Positions 28,789 to 38,822 of a stretch of DNA of 64,000 nucleotides are shown here, in pieces (the first letter of the stretch is position 1; each line of letters opens with the position of its first letter). The notes under the pieces were generated by a model. The model worked only from the letters and a program-made list of their open reading frames with translations. It ran no database searches and was not told the DNA's origin. This DNA is from Armatimonadota bacterium (GTDB lineage: Bacteria; Armatimonadota; SYMT01): contig JBKBRF010000032.1 of NCBI GenBank assembly GCA_046292385.1, positions 1-64,000 of the forward strand, written 5' to 3'. A program made the translations under genes and the position numbers.

Positions 28789-29619
28789 CTACAGCCCCGC
28801 GTAACCGTTGCCTTCCAGCCGCTGGAGGATCTGGAGGAGCCCTTCCACGACCTCCGCGTCGGCGTAGTAGTGAAGGTCCCGCAGGAACGGCCGGCCGTTG
28901 GCGGGGGCGGCGCGGTGGCCGACCACCTGGAGCCAGGCCTCGTCCGCGGCAGTGTCACCCACCCCGAGCACCTCTTCCGGCGCGAGGCCGGTCCATTCGA
29001 GCAGGAGGCGGACCGCGGAGGCCTTGCTGACGCCGCGAGGGGTGATGTCGATGGCGGAGAGGCTGTGCTTCACCTCCACCACGTCGGCAAGCGGTGCCAC
29101 GGCCGCCTCCACCCGGGGGCGGAACTCGGCGGTCGACTGCCGCTCTCCCGTACCGGGGTCGAGAAGCGGAGGGTTCAGCGACAGGGAGAAGTCCTTTCCC
29201 GCCTCCAGCAGCGCGCCGGTTTCCCGCACCAACGGCTGGATCGCCTCGGCGCGGACCCGCTGGATCGTCTCGATCCACTCCGGCGTGAGGGCGGGATGGG
29301 CGTAGGGCGTCTTGGCAACCGGATCGTAGAAGTACGCCCCGTTCTCCAGGATCGAGGGCCAGGAGACGAGCGGCGGGCCGCCGGCCGCGCGCACCCGCTT
29401 CCGCACGTCGTCCGGCAGCGGCCGGAAGAGGCTCAGCGCCTGGACGATCGCCTCCCCGTACGGCTCCTGCCGTCCGGTGCAGAGCCCGCACGCGTACGGC
29501 GCCGCCGCGAGCACACTCCGCAGCCGCAGCATCGTCTCCAGCGGCCACGGGTGCTGCGACCCGCCCGGCAGCGCGATCACGCCTTCGACGTCCAGGATCA
29601 GCAGTCGGACCATCGCCAT
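28789..29619 (-). CDS. HAD-IIB (Cof-like) hydrolase
   Basis: LDVEG, CTGR, ENGA, 'IDITPRGVSKASA' and VGD...D. Its start lies immediately after the uvrA stop. Confidence 0.85.
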   Translation of the reverse strand: MAMVRLLILDVEGVIALPGGSQHPWPLETMLRLRSVLAAAPYACGLCTGRQEPYGEAIVQALSLFRPLPDDVRKRVRAAGGPPLVSWPSILENGAYFYDPVAKTPYAHPALTPEWIETIQRVRAEAIQPLVRETGALLEAGKDFSLSLNPPLLDPGTGERQSTAEFRPRVEAAVAPLADVVEVKHSLSAIDITPRGVSKASAVRLLLEWTGLAPEEVLGVGDTAADEAWLQVVGHRAAPANGRPFLRDLHYYADAEVVEGLLQILQRLEGNGYAGL

Positions 29620-29620
29620 C

Positions 29621-32600
29621 TCAGCTCGCGGAAGAGGCGGTATTGCGGGGGCGCTTCGGCTTGGCGGCGGCTTTGCCGTCGGCCTTCTTGCCATTCTCCG
29701 ACGGAGAGGATTCCAGCGGGAGCGTGGTGGCGCCGGCGGCGTACTCTGCCTCGCCGCGCTCCAGGTAGCCGCGCTGGGCGAGGACCGTCTTCAGGAAGCG
29801 CCCGGTGTGGCTCGCCGGGATCTCCGCGATCTGCTCCGGGGTGCCGACGCCGACCACCGTCCCGCCGCCGTCGCCGCCTTCCGGACCCATGTCGATGATC
29901 CAGTCGGCGGTCTTGATCACGTCGAGGTTGTGCTCGATCACCAGGACGGTGTTGCCGGTCTCGACCAGCCGCGTCAGCACGCCGAGCAGCTTCTGGATGT
30001 CCCGGAAGTGGAGGCCGGTGGTCGGCTCGTCCAGGATGTAGAGCGTGCGGCCGGTGGAGCGGCGGCTCAGCTCGGAGGCGAGCTTCACGCGCTGCGCCTC
30101 CCCGCCGGAGAGGGTGGTGGCGGGCTGTCCCAGGCGGATATACTCCAGCCCCACGTCGCGGATCGTCGCCAGCTTGCGCGCGATCGGCGGGATGTTCTCG
30201 AAGAGCTGGTGCGCCTCCGCGACCGTCATCTCCAGCACCTCGGAGATGTTCTTGCCGCGGTAGCGGACCTCCAGCGTCTCCCGGTTGTAGCGCTTGCCCT
30301 TGCAGACCTCGCACGGCACGTAGACGTCCGGCAGGAAGTGCATCTCGATTTTGATGATGCCGTCGCCCTTGCACGCCTCGCAGCGCCCGCCCTTCACGTT
30401 GAAGCTGAAGCGGCCCGGCTTGTAGCCGCGCACCTTCGCTTCCGGCGTGGCGGCGAAGAGGTCGCGGATCAGGTCGAACACCCCGGTATAGGTCGCCGGG
30501 TTGGAGCGCGGAGTGCGGCCGATCGGCGACTGGTCGATGTCGATCACCTTGTCGAGGTGCTCCGCTCCGAGCAGCTCGTCGTGCTCCCCCCAGACGGTGC
30601 GGGTGCCGAACAGCTTCTGCAGCAGGCGCGGATAGAGCGTCTCCTGGAGGAGGGTCGACTTGCCGGAGCCGGAGACGCCGGTGATCGCCACGAAGCAGCC
30701 GAGCGGGATCTTGATGTCGACGTTCTTCAGGTTGTGGGCCCGCGCGCCCTTCAACTCCAGGCACTTGCCGTTCGGCGCGCGGCGCTGGGCCGGCACGTCG
30801 ATGCGGGCCAGGCCGGAGAGGAACATCCCGGTCACCGACTCGGGGTTCTCCGAGACCTCCTGCGGCGTGCCGGCGGCGACCAACTGCCCGCCCCCCTCGC
30901 CCGCGCCGGGTCCGATGTCGATCACCCAGTCGGCGGCCGCGATCGTCTCTTCGTCGTGCTCCACCACGATGATCGTGTTGCCAAGGTCGCGCAGCCGGAC
31001 CAGCGTCTCGATGAGGCGGCGGTTGTCCCGCTGGTGGAGCCCGATGGAGGGCTCGTCCAGGATGTAGAGCACGCCCATCAGCCCGGAGCCGATCTGCGTG
31101 GCGAGGCGGATGCGCTGCGCCTCTCCTCCCGCCAGCGTGGCCGCGGTGCGGTCGAGCGTGAGGTAGTGCAGGCCGACGTCGTTCAGGAAGCCGAGGCGGG
31201 TCTGGATCTCCTTCAGGATCTGGCGCCCGATGATCTGCTCCCGCTCGGAGAGCTCCAGCCCGGAGAGCCAGGCGAGCGATTTCCCGATCGAGAAGTGGGT
31301 GACCTGCGAGACGTTGAGGCCGCCGACCTTCACCGCCAGCGACTCCGGCTTCAGGCGCGCCCCGCCGCACGCCTCGCAGGGGCGCGTCGACATATACCGC
31401 TCCAGGTCGTCCCGGATCATCTGGGAGCCGGTCTCCTGGTGCCGGCGCTGGAGCATCCCGATGACGCCCTCGAACTGCGCGTTGTAGCTTCGGCGGCGCC
31501 CGTGCGGGTTCAGGTAGGTGACCGCGACCGGCTCCGGCGCCCCGTGCAACAGGATCTCCCGCGCGCGCTCCGGCCACTTGCCGAGCTTCGTTTTCTCATC
31601 CGCGCCGTACTTGCGCGCCACGGAGCGCAGGATCTGCGTCACGTAGTCGCTGGTGGTCGAGGCGAACGGGATCACGCCGCCCTGGTCCAGACTCTTCTCC
31701 GGGTCGAGCACCAGGTTGGCGTCGAACTCGGTGTGGGTGCCGAGGCCGTGGCAGGAGGGGCAGGCGCCGTAGGGACTGTTGAACGAGAAGTTGCGCGGCG
31801 CGATCTCGTCCAGGCTGATCCCGCACTCGATGCAGGAGAAGTGCTCCGAGAAGGTCAGCTCCCCGCTCTGCGCCAGCGGCGTCCCGTCCCGCCGGGGCGG
31901 CTCCACCCCTTCCGGCACCTCGTAGAGGACCCCGAGGATGCCGGAGCTCAGGCGCAGCGCCGTCTCCACGCTCTCCGCCAGGCGGCTGCCGACGTCGTCC
32001 CGCCGCACCAGGCGGTCGACCACCACCTCGATCGTGTGCTGCTTGTACCGGTCGAGCTGGATGTCGTCAGTCACCTCGTGCATGGTGCCGTCGACCCGCA
32101 CGCGGACGAAGCCCTGCTTGCGGATATCCTCCAGCACGCTCCGGTACTCCCCCTTCCGGCCGCGTACCACCGGTGCCAGCACCTGCAGCCGGGTGCGCTC
32201 CGGGAGCTCCATCAGGGTATCGACCATCTGCTCCACGCTCTGCTGCGCGATGCGGCGGCCGCACTGCGGGCAGTGCGGGATGCCGATGCGGGCGAAGAGG
32301 AGGCGGAGGTAGTCGTAGATCTCCGTCACCGTGGCGACGGTGGAGCGCGGGTTGCGGGAGGTCGACTTCTGGTCGATCGAGACGGCCGGCGAGAGGCCCT
32401 CGATGTAGTCGACGTCCGGCTTGTCCATCTGCCCGAGGAACTGCCGCGCGTACGCCGAAAGGCTCTCCACGTAGCGGCGCTGCCCCTCCGCGTAGATCGT
32501 GTCGAACGCCAGGCTCGACTTCCCGGAGCCGGAGACGCCGGTGATGACGACCAGCTTATCCCGGGGGATCTCCAGGCTGATGTTCTTCAGGTTGTGCTGG

Positions 32601-32635
32601 CGAGCGCCCTGGATGGAGATGCGGTCGAGCGGCAT
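29621..32635 (-). CDS. uvrA: Excinuclease ABC subunit A
   Basis: GARQHNLKN, two Walker A motifs (GVSGSGKS), zinc fingers, LSGGEAQR and LDEPTTGLH. Confidence 0.98.
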   Translation of the reverse strand: MPLDRISIQGARQHNLKNISLEIPRDKLVVITGVSGSGKSSLAFDTIYAEGQRRYVESLSAYARQFLGQMDKPDVDYIEGLSPAVSIDQKSTSRNPRSTVATVTEIYDYLRLLFARIGIPHCPQCGRRIAQQSVEQMVDTLMELPERTRLQVLAPVVRGRKGEYRSVLEDIRKQGFVRVRVDGTMHEVTDDIQLDRYKQHTIEVVVDRLVRRDDVGSRLAESVETALRLSSGILGVLYEVPEGVEPPRRDGTPLAQSGELTFSEHFSCIECGISLDEIAPRNFSFNSPYGACPSCHGLGTHTEFDANLVLDPEKSLDQGGVIPFASTTSDYVTQILRSVARKYGADEKTKLGKWPERAREILLHGAPEPVAVTYLNPHGRRRSYNAQFEGVIGMLQRRHQETGSQMIRDDLERYMSTRPCEACGGARLKPESLAVKVGGLNVSQVTHFSIGKSLAWLSGLELSEREQIIGRQILKEIQTRLGFLNDVGLHYLTLDRTAATLAGGEAQRIRLATQIGSGLMGVLYILDEPSIGLHQRDNRRLIETLVRLRDLGNTIIVVEHDEETIAAADWVIDIGPGAGEGGGQLVAAGTPQEVSENPESVTGMFLSGLARIDVPAQRRAPNGKCLELKGARAHNLKNVDIKIPLGCFVAITGVSGSGKSTLLQETLYPRLLQKLFGTRTVWGEHDELLGAEHLDKVIDIDQSPIGRTPRSNPATYTGVFDLIRDLFAATPEAKVRGYKPGRFSFNVKGGRCEACKGDGIIKIEMHFLPDVYVPCEVCKGKRYNRETLEVRYRGKNISEVLEMTVAEAHQLFENIPPIARKLATIRDVGLEYIRLGQPATTLSGGEAQRVKLASELSRRSTGRTLYILDEPTTGLHFRDIQKLLGVLTRLVETGNTVLVIEHNLDVIKTADWIIDMGPEGGDGGGTVVGVGTPEQIAEIPASHTGRFLKTVLAQRGYLERGEAEYAAGATTLPLESSPSENGKKADGKAAAKPKRPRNTASSAS

Positions 32636-32822
32636 GACGGCGAGCCCCGGTAGATCGAAAATCCGTTTGCGGTACGGCACTCGATTCTAACACAAGCGTC
32701 CCCGGCCCTATGCAGTGCGACCGTCTCTCCCGTGACTCGTTCTGCGGAGGATTCCCGCCCGCCAGGATCGTAAGATTTCCTTTCAGGACAGATTTCTCCC
32801 GAAGCGTTCCAGGAGTACCCCC

Positions 32823-35036
32823 ATGGCGATGGAGATGGCACCCTCGCCCACCGGCGCGCCGGTGGTGCCGCCGAAGCTGACCCAGCCCAGCCCCGCTTAC
32901 CGGCTCTGGGTGGGCCTGGTCCTGGCGAGTCTGTTCCTGTTCCTGGTCTTCTACGTGGGCCTGGTGGCAGGGACCGGCTACCTGCTCTATCTCTCGGTCG
33001 TCTTCCCGATCGACCCTTCGGAGCGAGGGCAGATCTTCCTTAAGCTCGCCGTCATTGCCTCCGCGGCGATGCTCTTTCTCTTCCTGCTCAAGGGGTTGTT
33101 CAAGCGGCAGGAGCGCAGCCAGGACGGGATGGTGGAGATCACCGAGGCGGAGCAGCCGGAGCTGTACGCTTTCATCCGCCAGCTCTGCGCGGAGACGCGC
33201 GCCCCATTTCCGCACCGGGTCTTCCTGAGCCCGGAGGTCAACGCCGCCGTCTTCTACGATACCTCCCTGCTCAACCTGATCCTGCCGGTCAAGAAGAACC
33301 TGCTGATCGGCCTGGGGCTGGTGAACGTGCTGCCGATGACCGAGTTCCGCGCGGTGCTGGCCCACGAATTCGGGCACTTCTCTCAGAGCAGCATGGCGTT
33401 GGGGAGCTACGTCTACGTGGTGAACCGGATCATCGCGGACATGGTCTACGGCCGCGACTTCTGGGACGACTGGCTCCACCAGGCCAAGAAGCTCGACATC
33501 CGCCTCGCAATCATCGCCTGGATCCTCGCCGGCCTGGTCTGGGTGGTGCGCCTCCTCCTGACCGGCGCCTTCCGCGTCATCAACCTGGCGGAGTCGGCGC
33601 TCTCCCGGCAGATGGAGTTCCACGCCGACCTGGTGGCGGTGAGCGTGACCGGCAGCGACGCGCTGGTGCATGCCCTCTCGCGCCTCGAACTCGCCTCGCA
33701 CGCCCTGGGGCAGGCGCAGCACGACCTTTCCGCTGCGCTGTCGCAAGGGCTCTACAGCCGCGACCTCTTCCATCACCACTCGCGCGCCATCGAGTACCTG
33801 CGGGCGCAGGCGAAGGACCCGAGCCTCGGCACGCCGCCGCCGCTGCCGGACGATCCGGCGCAGAAGTCGCGGGTCTTCGAGCCGGGCCAGGGCGAGCCGC
33901 CCTCCATGTGGGCCTCTCACCCCCCGAACTCCGACCGCGAGGAGAACGCCAAGCGGGACTACCTCCGCAGCGTGCTGGACGAGCGGTCGTCCTGGCTCCT
34001 CTTCCGGGACCCGGAGAAGCTGCGCGAGCGGGTTACCTCGGAGGCGTACCGCACCGGCCCCGGCCTGCCGGACGGCACGCAGCTCCGCGAGCCCTCCGAG
34101 GTACAGGCGTTCATCGACGAGGAGCACGGCGAGACGACCTACGACGAGCGCTACCACGGCCTCTACGACGGCCGCTATCTCACACCCGGCAACGTGGACG
34201 AAGTGGTGGCCGCGATCCGCGCCACGCCGTGGCCGCGGGAGCGGATCGGCCAGGTCTACACCGCGCTCTACGCGGAAACCCTGAAGGAGCGGGCGGAGCA
34301 GCACTACCGCCGCATGAGCGAGCACCAGATGCTGGCGGGCCTGGACGACGGGGAGTACAAGCTCCGCGGCAAGGACTTCGAGTTCCGGGACGCCCGCTAT
34401 CGAAAGGGGGACGTCAAGCGGCTCCGCGAGCAGGTGGAGAAGGAGCTGGAGCAGGACTCCCTGTGGCTGGAGAAGTTCGACCGCGAGGTCTTTCTGGTCC
34501 ACTTCCAGATGTCGTGCTACCTGGGCGGATCCGAGTCCGGCGAACTGCTCTCCCGCTACCGCTTCCACACCGGCGCGCAGGAGATCCTCCGGAACCTCGC
34601 CGGGGAGATGGCGCGCATGGAGCACGTGCTCGGCTACCTCCAGACACGCCCGGACATCGACGAGGCGACGCACAACGAAGTGATGGGACACTTCCGGACC
34701 GCCCGGGAGACCTACGGCACGGCGATACGGCAGGCGGCCGCACTGCCGCTCCCCCCGCTCAAGAACATGCAGGCGGGGATGCCGCTGAGCAGCTACCTCG
34801 CGGTCGGCGCCCCGGTGGCCGCGATCGCTCCCGACCAGAAGAACATCAATGGCGAGTGGATCGGCGCCTTCATGGAGCAGCTCGGCCAGGCGATCCACCG
34901 GGTCAAGCGGGTCCACTTCAAGAGCCTCGGCGGGATTCTCTCGCTCCAGGAGCGGATCGCCGCGGAGTGGCGCGAGGTGACCGGCACCCCGAAGCCGCCT
35001 GCCGCCCCCGGGGCCGATCCGTCGCCGGCAAGCTGA
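32823..35036 (+). CDS. M48 family zinc metalloprotease with long C-terminal extension
   Basis: TM segments, VNAAV, LAHEFGH, SRQMEFHAD and SHPPNSDR. Confidence 0.9.
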   Translation: MAMEMAPSPTGAPVVPPKLTQPSPAYRLWVGLVLASLFLFLVFYVGLVAGTGYLLYLSVVFPIDPSERGQIFLKLAVIASAAMLFLFLLKGLFKRQERSQDGMVEITEAEQPELYAFIRQLCAETRAPFPHRVFLSPEVNAAVFYDTSLLNLILPVKKNLLIGLGLVNVLPMTEFRAVLAHEFGHFSQSSMALGSYVYVVNRIIADMVYGRDFWDDWLHQAKKLDIRLAIIAWILAGLVWVVRLLLTGAFRVINLAESALSRQMEFHADLVAVSVTGSDALVHALSRLELASHALGQAQHDLSAALSQGLYSRDLFHHHSRAIEYLRAQAKDPSLGTPPPLPDDPAQKSRVFEPGQGEPPSMWASHPPNSDREENAKRDYLRSVLDERSSWLLFRDPEKLRERVTSEAYRTGPGLPDGTQLREPSEVQAFIDEEHGETTYDERYHGLYDGRYLTPGNVDEVVAAIRATPWPRERIGQVYTALYAETLKERAEQHYRRMSEHQMLAGLDDGEYKLRGKDFEFRDARYRKGDVKRLREQVEKELEQDSLWLEKFDREVFLVHFQMSCYLGGSESGELLSRYRFHTGAQEILRNLAGEMARMEHVLGYLQTRPDIDEATHNEVMGHFRTARETYGTAIRQAAALPLPPLKNMQAGMPLSSYLAVGAPVAAIAPDQKNINGEWIGAFMEQLGQAIHRVKRVHFKSLGGILSLQERIAAEWREVTGTPKPPAAPGADPSPAS

Positions 35037-35098
35037 TCCAACCCTCGGCCCTCGCCCGGCATTCTACGGATAGGGAGTACCGATCGGGAGAGGGCCGA

Positions 35099-35770
35099 AT
35101 GCAGACCTGGGGACGGTTCGACTGGCTGCTGATTGTAATCGGGTATGTCGTTCCGGCGCTCGGGATTGGGTGGGTCGCCGTCCGCCTCTCCCGTGGTAAG
35201 GAAGCGCCATCCCGGCGAGAGCTCTGGCGGCGGCGGGCGCTGTTGGCCCTGGGAGCGGTTGCCGCCTATCCGGTGGCCCTGTTCGTCTTCACCTCCTTCT
35301 TCATCAAGCCGTACTTCGGCAGCCTGGCGAAGATGCGGGCGGTCATCTGCCATTCCCACCTCAAACAGCTCTCGACCGCCCTGGCGCTTTATTTGGAGGA
35401 GTGGGACGAGACCTACCCACCGGCCGACCGCTGGGGTGACCGGATCGCGACGTTCCTGCCGAATGAGGAACGCGAGGCCGCATTTCGCTGCCTGGGTACG
35501 CGCAGTCCCTACGGTTACGCTCTCAACCGCGCGGTGGCGGGCCGCCCAGTGCGCGAGATCGCGGATCCGGAAACGGTGATCCTGGTAGAGCATGACGCTC
35601 GTACCCGGAACGAGACCGTCGAGCCGGGCACGACCCTCCCGAGCGATCGGCATGGCCGGTCGAAAGTCGCCCGCATGGATGGAAGCGTCCGGTCTATCAC
35701 ACCGACAGGTGAGGGGTCGCTGGTGTGGGACTCCCGCATTGCTCCGGCGGAGCTCGAGCCCTCCGACTGA
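35099..35770 (+). CDS. Membrane protein with DUF1559-like pilin domain
   Basis: Two TM segments, then 'C.SHLKQL..AL.LY..EWDETYP...FRC...YGYALN...DG.V'. ATG at 35099. Confidence 0.65.
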   Translation: MQTWGRFDWLLIVIGYVVPALGIGWVAVRLSRGKEAPSRRELWRRRALLALGAVAAYPVALFVFTSFFIKPYFGSLAKMRAVICHSHLKQLSTALALYLEEWDETYPPADRWGDRIATFLPNEEREAAFRCLGTRSPYGYALNRAVAGRPVREIADPETVILVEHDARTRNETVEPGTTLPSDRHGRSKVARMDGSVRSITPTGEGSLVWDSRIAPAELEPSD

Positions 35771-35875
35771 CGCCGCGCCACCGCAGGGCGTTCCACGTAG
35801 ACTCCGACCCGCGCTGCTCCGTAGAATGCGGGGGCGGGCAGCGTGGCCTGCAAGCGCCTTCGCGGAGACACGACG

Positions 35876-36322
35876 ATGTGCCGGTATGCAATGTACCCCT
35901 ACATGGAGCACTACGCCTGCTTCGCCTGCCGGCGGATGTTCCGGCGGCCGTGGCGGGAGGGCGAGGTGCCCTGCCCCCGCTGCGCCGGACCGATGCACGA
36001 CCTGGGAAAGGACTTCAAGCCGCCGCAGCACCGGGACCGGGAGCAGTGGGCGAAGGTGGGGCTGCTCTTCCGGAAGGGGGTTACGTTCCACTCCTGCGGG
36101 TGCGGCGGACCGGGACCCCGCCCGGCCCGGCTGCGGGACGTGGAGCCGTTTCTCATGGAGCAGGCCACGGCGGCGGATCGCCGCGAGCGGGAGCGGCGGT
36201 GGATCGACCAGGAGATCCGCTGGAAACAGATCCGGAACCGCACGGTGCGGCACCGCCGGGAGAAGGCGTTCGCGGAGCTGATCCGGGGGCAGCGGCTTGA
36301 GGTGAGCGCCGTCGAGGCATAA
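35876..36322 (+). CDS. Small Cys-rich (Zn-binding) hypothetical protein
   Basis: CFAC, CPRC, 'GKDFKPP...D..QW' and SCGC. Confidence 0.7.
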   Translation: MCRYAMYPYMEHYACFACRRMFRRPWREGEVPCPRCAGPMHDLGKDFKPPQHRDREQWAKVGLLFRKGVTFHSCGCGGPGPRPARLRDVEPFLMEQATAADRRERERRWIDQEIRWKQIRNRTVRHRREKAFAELIRGQRLEVSAVEA

Positions 36323-36363
36323 CGCCCTGGAGTTTGGCACGGCCGCTTCCGCCGCCCACCCCG

Positions 36364-36522
36364 GTCATCCTGAACGCCAGTGAGGAGGTACGTCACTCCA
36401 CTCTGCGGGAACCCGATGAGCCCCCACGTTCGGAAGCGTCTCGCCTGGCCGACACCTCGTCACGCTGGTGCGTGCCCCGGTCTAGGACGGCTGCCGAGAT
36501 TCTTCCCTGCGGTCAGAATGAC
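36364..36522. repeat. REP-like element with GTCATCCTGA...TCAGAATGAC ends
   Basis: 10 bp imperfect terminal inverted repeat between convergent genes. Confidence 0.55.
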
Positions 36523-36608
36523 GAATTCGGTAACTGGGTCGCTGTTCCGCTGGAGTCGGCGCGGGGGCGGCAGCGGCGCCGCCCCCGGCTGTCGTGTCCC
36601 GTCTCTGT

Positions 36609-37934
36609 CTACTGCACCACGCGGATCGAGTTGACGAACTCGCCCTCCCCCTCCCGCTCCGGGTTGGCGGGGTCGACCATCCACCGGCCGTCGACCACGA
36701 ACTTGTAGGCGTGGCGGCCCGGCTCGACCAGCACCTCGGCGGTCCAGGCGTCGCCCTTCCGGACGAGGGGGGACAGCTCCGGGGTCCAGGAGTTGAACGT
36801 CCCGGCCACGCGGACCTCCCGGGCTTCCGGATAGCCTTCCAGGCGGAAGGTGACCTTCTTGAGCGCGGGGGCGCTTCGCTCCACCTCGGCCAGGAGATTC
36901 TGCGTCCACTCCTTGCGAGGACCCGCCTCCATCGCCTCGACCACCTTCCGCAGGGCCAGCGTGTGGGCGCGGTGGAGCGCGGCGGCGACCGGCACCTCGA
37001 CGTCCGGCTTCACGCCGACGCCTTCCCAGTTCGTCTTGCTGATCGGGTTGATGGCGCGCCCCACCGGCACCCAGACGGTGAAGTGGTCGTCCGCGCGGCG
37101 GTCTCCGCCCGGGTTCGCGCCGCCGCCGGTCGTCTCTCCCACCACCACGGCGCGCTTCAGGTTCTGGAGGTCGTAGGCCAGCTCTTCCGCGCCGGAGAAG
37201 GTGGCGGGGCTGGTGAGGATGTAGATCGGCTTCCCCAGGTACCGCTTGCCCGGCACGTGCGCCCAGGTCCAGAACTGCCGCATGGTGTTCTCCGGCCGCC
37301 AATAGATGTCGTTCAGGTGGGTCGGCTTCTCGAAGAAGTAGGTGCAGAGCATCGGGATCGCATCCGGAGAGATGCTCCCGCCGCAGCGGCGGAGGTCGAT
37401 GATCAGCGCGTCGGTGTTCGTGAGGTAGGTCATCGCCGCCGCGTAGGTCTCCGCGGCCACCTCCGGCGGCGCCAGCAGCCGGAAGCTCAGGTAGCCGACG
37501 TTGCCCTTCAGGATGTCGAGCTTCTCCAGCCCGAAGTTGTCCCGGGCCATCTGCTTCCGCAGCTCCTCGGCCATCTCCGGCGTCAGGCTGTCCGGCCGCT
37601 CCGGCTCCGGCGGCAGCACCTCCGCGGAGTAGCCGACCCGCACATGCTTGTCATTGCTCACGGCGCGGAGGTCCGCCGTCAGCGCCTGCGCGAGGCCGGG
37701 GCCGTCGAGCTTGTCGTAAGCGCCGTTCGCGGCGCGCTCCCGCACTGACTTCTCCATCTTCTCCGCGACTTCCGGAAAGACGTAGCCCTCGCGCAGCCGG
37801 AGCAGCACGCCGTCGATGGCGCGGGCGCGGGCGGCGGCATCGAGCGGGGCGGGGGTCTCCCCCTGGGCGTAAGCGCCGCCTCCCGCCGCGAGGGCGGTGG
37901 AGACGGCCAGGAGCCATGCGTATCGCGCTTTCAT
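36609..37934 (-). CDS. Secreted S41 family peptidase with C-terminal CBM48/AMPK-type glycogen-binding domain
   Basis: Signal peptide, LIIDLR..GG, TFSGAE, VGETTGG and WEGVGVKPD, then 'V.VAGTFNSW...YKFVVDG.W..DP.NP'. Confidence 0.88.
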   Translation of the reverse strand: MKARYAWLLAVSTALAAGGGAYAQGETPAPLDAAARARAIDGVLLRLREGYVFPEVAEKMEKSVRERAANGAYDKLDGPGLAQALTADLRAVSNDKHVRVGYSAEVLPPEPERPDSLTPEMAEELRKQMARDNFGLEKLDILKGNVGYLSFRLLAPPEVAAETYAAAMTYLTNTDALIIDLRRCGGSISPDAIPMLCTYFFEKPTHLNDIYWRPENTMRQFWTWAHVPGKRYLGKPIYILTSPATFSGAEELAYDLQNLKRAVVVGETTGGGANPGGDRRADDHFTVWVPVGRAINPISKTNWEGVGVKPDVEVPVAAALHRAHTLALRKVVEAMEAGPRKEWTQNLLAEVERSAPALKKVTFRLEGYPEAREVRVAGTFNSWTPELSPLVRKGDAWTAEVLVEPGRHAYKFVVDGRWMVDPANPEREGEGEFVNSIRVVQ

Positions 37935-37986
37935 CGCTTCTCTCTCCGTTGAGTGGACTGCAAACCGTTTGCGGGGTTGACCGCGA

Positions 37987-38535
37987 CTAAGGCGTCAGCG
38001 GCGGATCTTCGCGGTCCGGGATCATCAGGTGCGCGAAGACGAGCCGGCGGCGGTCGCCTCCCGGCTCCTGCGCCCCCCATCGCTCCAGGAGCTCGCGCAG
38101 CTCCTCCATGAACTCCCGGTACTCCCCGGGGCTCAGGTGGAGTGAGCCCATCAGGGCGTGGAACGGGTCGTGAGCTGGATCGGTACCCTCCTGTGCGAGA
38201 TAGCTGCGGAAGAGCTCCGCCAGCAGGTTCTGAAAGGTCCCGAAGTGGCCCAGGTGCTCGGCGGCGGAGATCCCCCCCGTGTCGTCCGGTCCGATGCGCG
38301 TCTCGCCCGTGCGGACGGCGTACACCCTGGTCAGCGCGCCGTTGACCCGCACCTCCTCCACCGGCTCCACGATCCCGCCTTCCACCAGCAGGCGCAGGTG
38401 GCGGTAGATCGAGGAGAGCGCCACGTCCGGCAGCAGATGCCCGATCTGGTAGGTCGTGAGCCGCCTCCCCATCAACGCCGTGAGGATGCGGGAGCGGACC
38501 GGATGGCTGATGAGAGTGGCTCTACGACTGGACAT
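37987..38535 (-). CDS. ArsR-like winged-HTH transcriptional regulator
   Basis: HPVRSRIL, 'SIYRHLRLL..GG' and the C-terminal 'LSP.EY.EF..EL' helix. Confidence 0.85.
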   Translation of the reverse strand: MSSRRATLISHPVRSRILTALMGRRLTTYQIGHLLPDVALSSIYRHLRLLVEGGIVEPVEEVRVNGALTRVYAVRTGETRIGPDDTGGISAAEHLGHFGTFQNLLAELFRSYLAQEGTDPAHDPFHALMGSLHLSPGEYREFMEELRELLERWGAQEPGGDRRRLVFAHLMIPDREDPPLTP

Positions 38536-38556
38536 GCTGCGGCTGTACGGAGAGTG

Positions 38557-38572
38557 TTCTCATTATTGAGAA
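38557..38572. promoter_or_regulatory. Palindromic operator upstream of the HTH regulator
   Basis: TTCTCA-TTAT-TGAGAA in an AT-rich patch about 20 bp before the start codon. Confidence 0.6.
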
Positions 38573-38822
38573 TAATAATAGGACGGGGTGGTACCGACAA
38601 CCCCCTGTGGGGAGAACAAAGGAGAATTCTTCGCGGGGCCTTGGAAACGAGGGGGGAGAGCCCCGGAAGAGCTCCCCCACCCTTCTGTACTACTTACTAC
38701 GAGAATCTTGCCGGGAGGCGCAGATCCGCCGGCGGTCATCGCGCGTGGGCCGTGCGAAGCGGGAGGGGCCAGTCTTGAGGCGTCTTTGCTTCTCTTTAAG
38801 ATGCAGCATCGATCCCGCGATC

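Noticed and set aside
29477..32653. Very long antisense ORFs (1058 aa here; also 52687-56055, 56412-59309, 3593-6022, 32556-34916)
   Set aside because: These are shadow frames of real high-GC genes (uvrA, oxidoreductase, ileS, dinG, M48) with no motifs of their own.
32636..32822. LexA box upstream of uvrA
   Set aside because: I found no GAAC-N4-GTTC or CTGT-N8-ACAG match. A lineage-specific box cannot be excluded.
38557..38580. Fur box
   Set aside because: There is only partial resemblance to GATAATGATAATCATTATC and no iron-related gene nearby. Autoregulation by the adjacent HTH protein is simpler.
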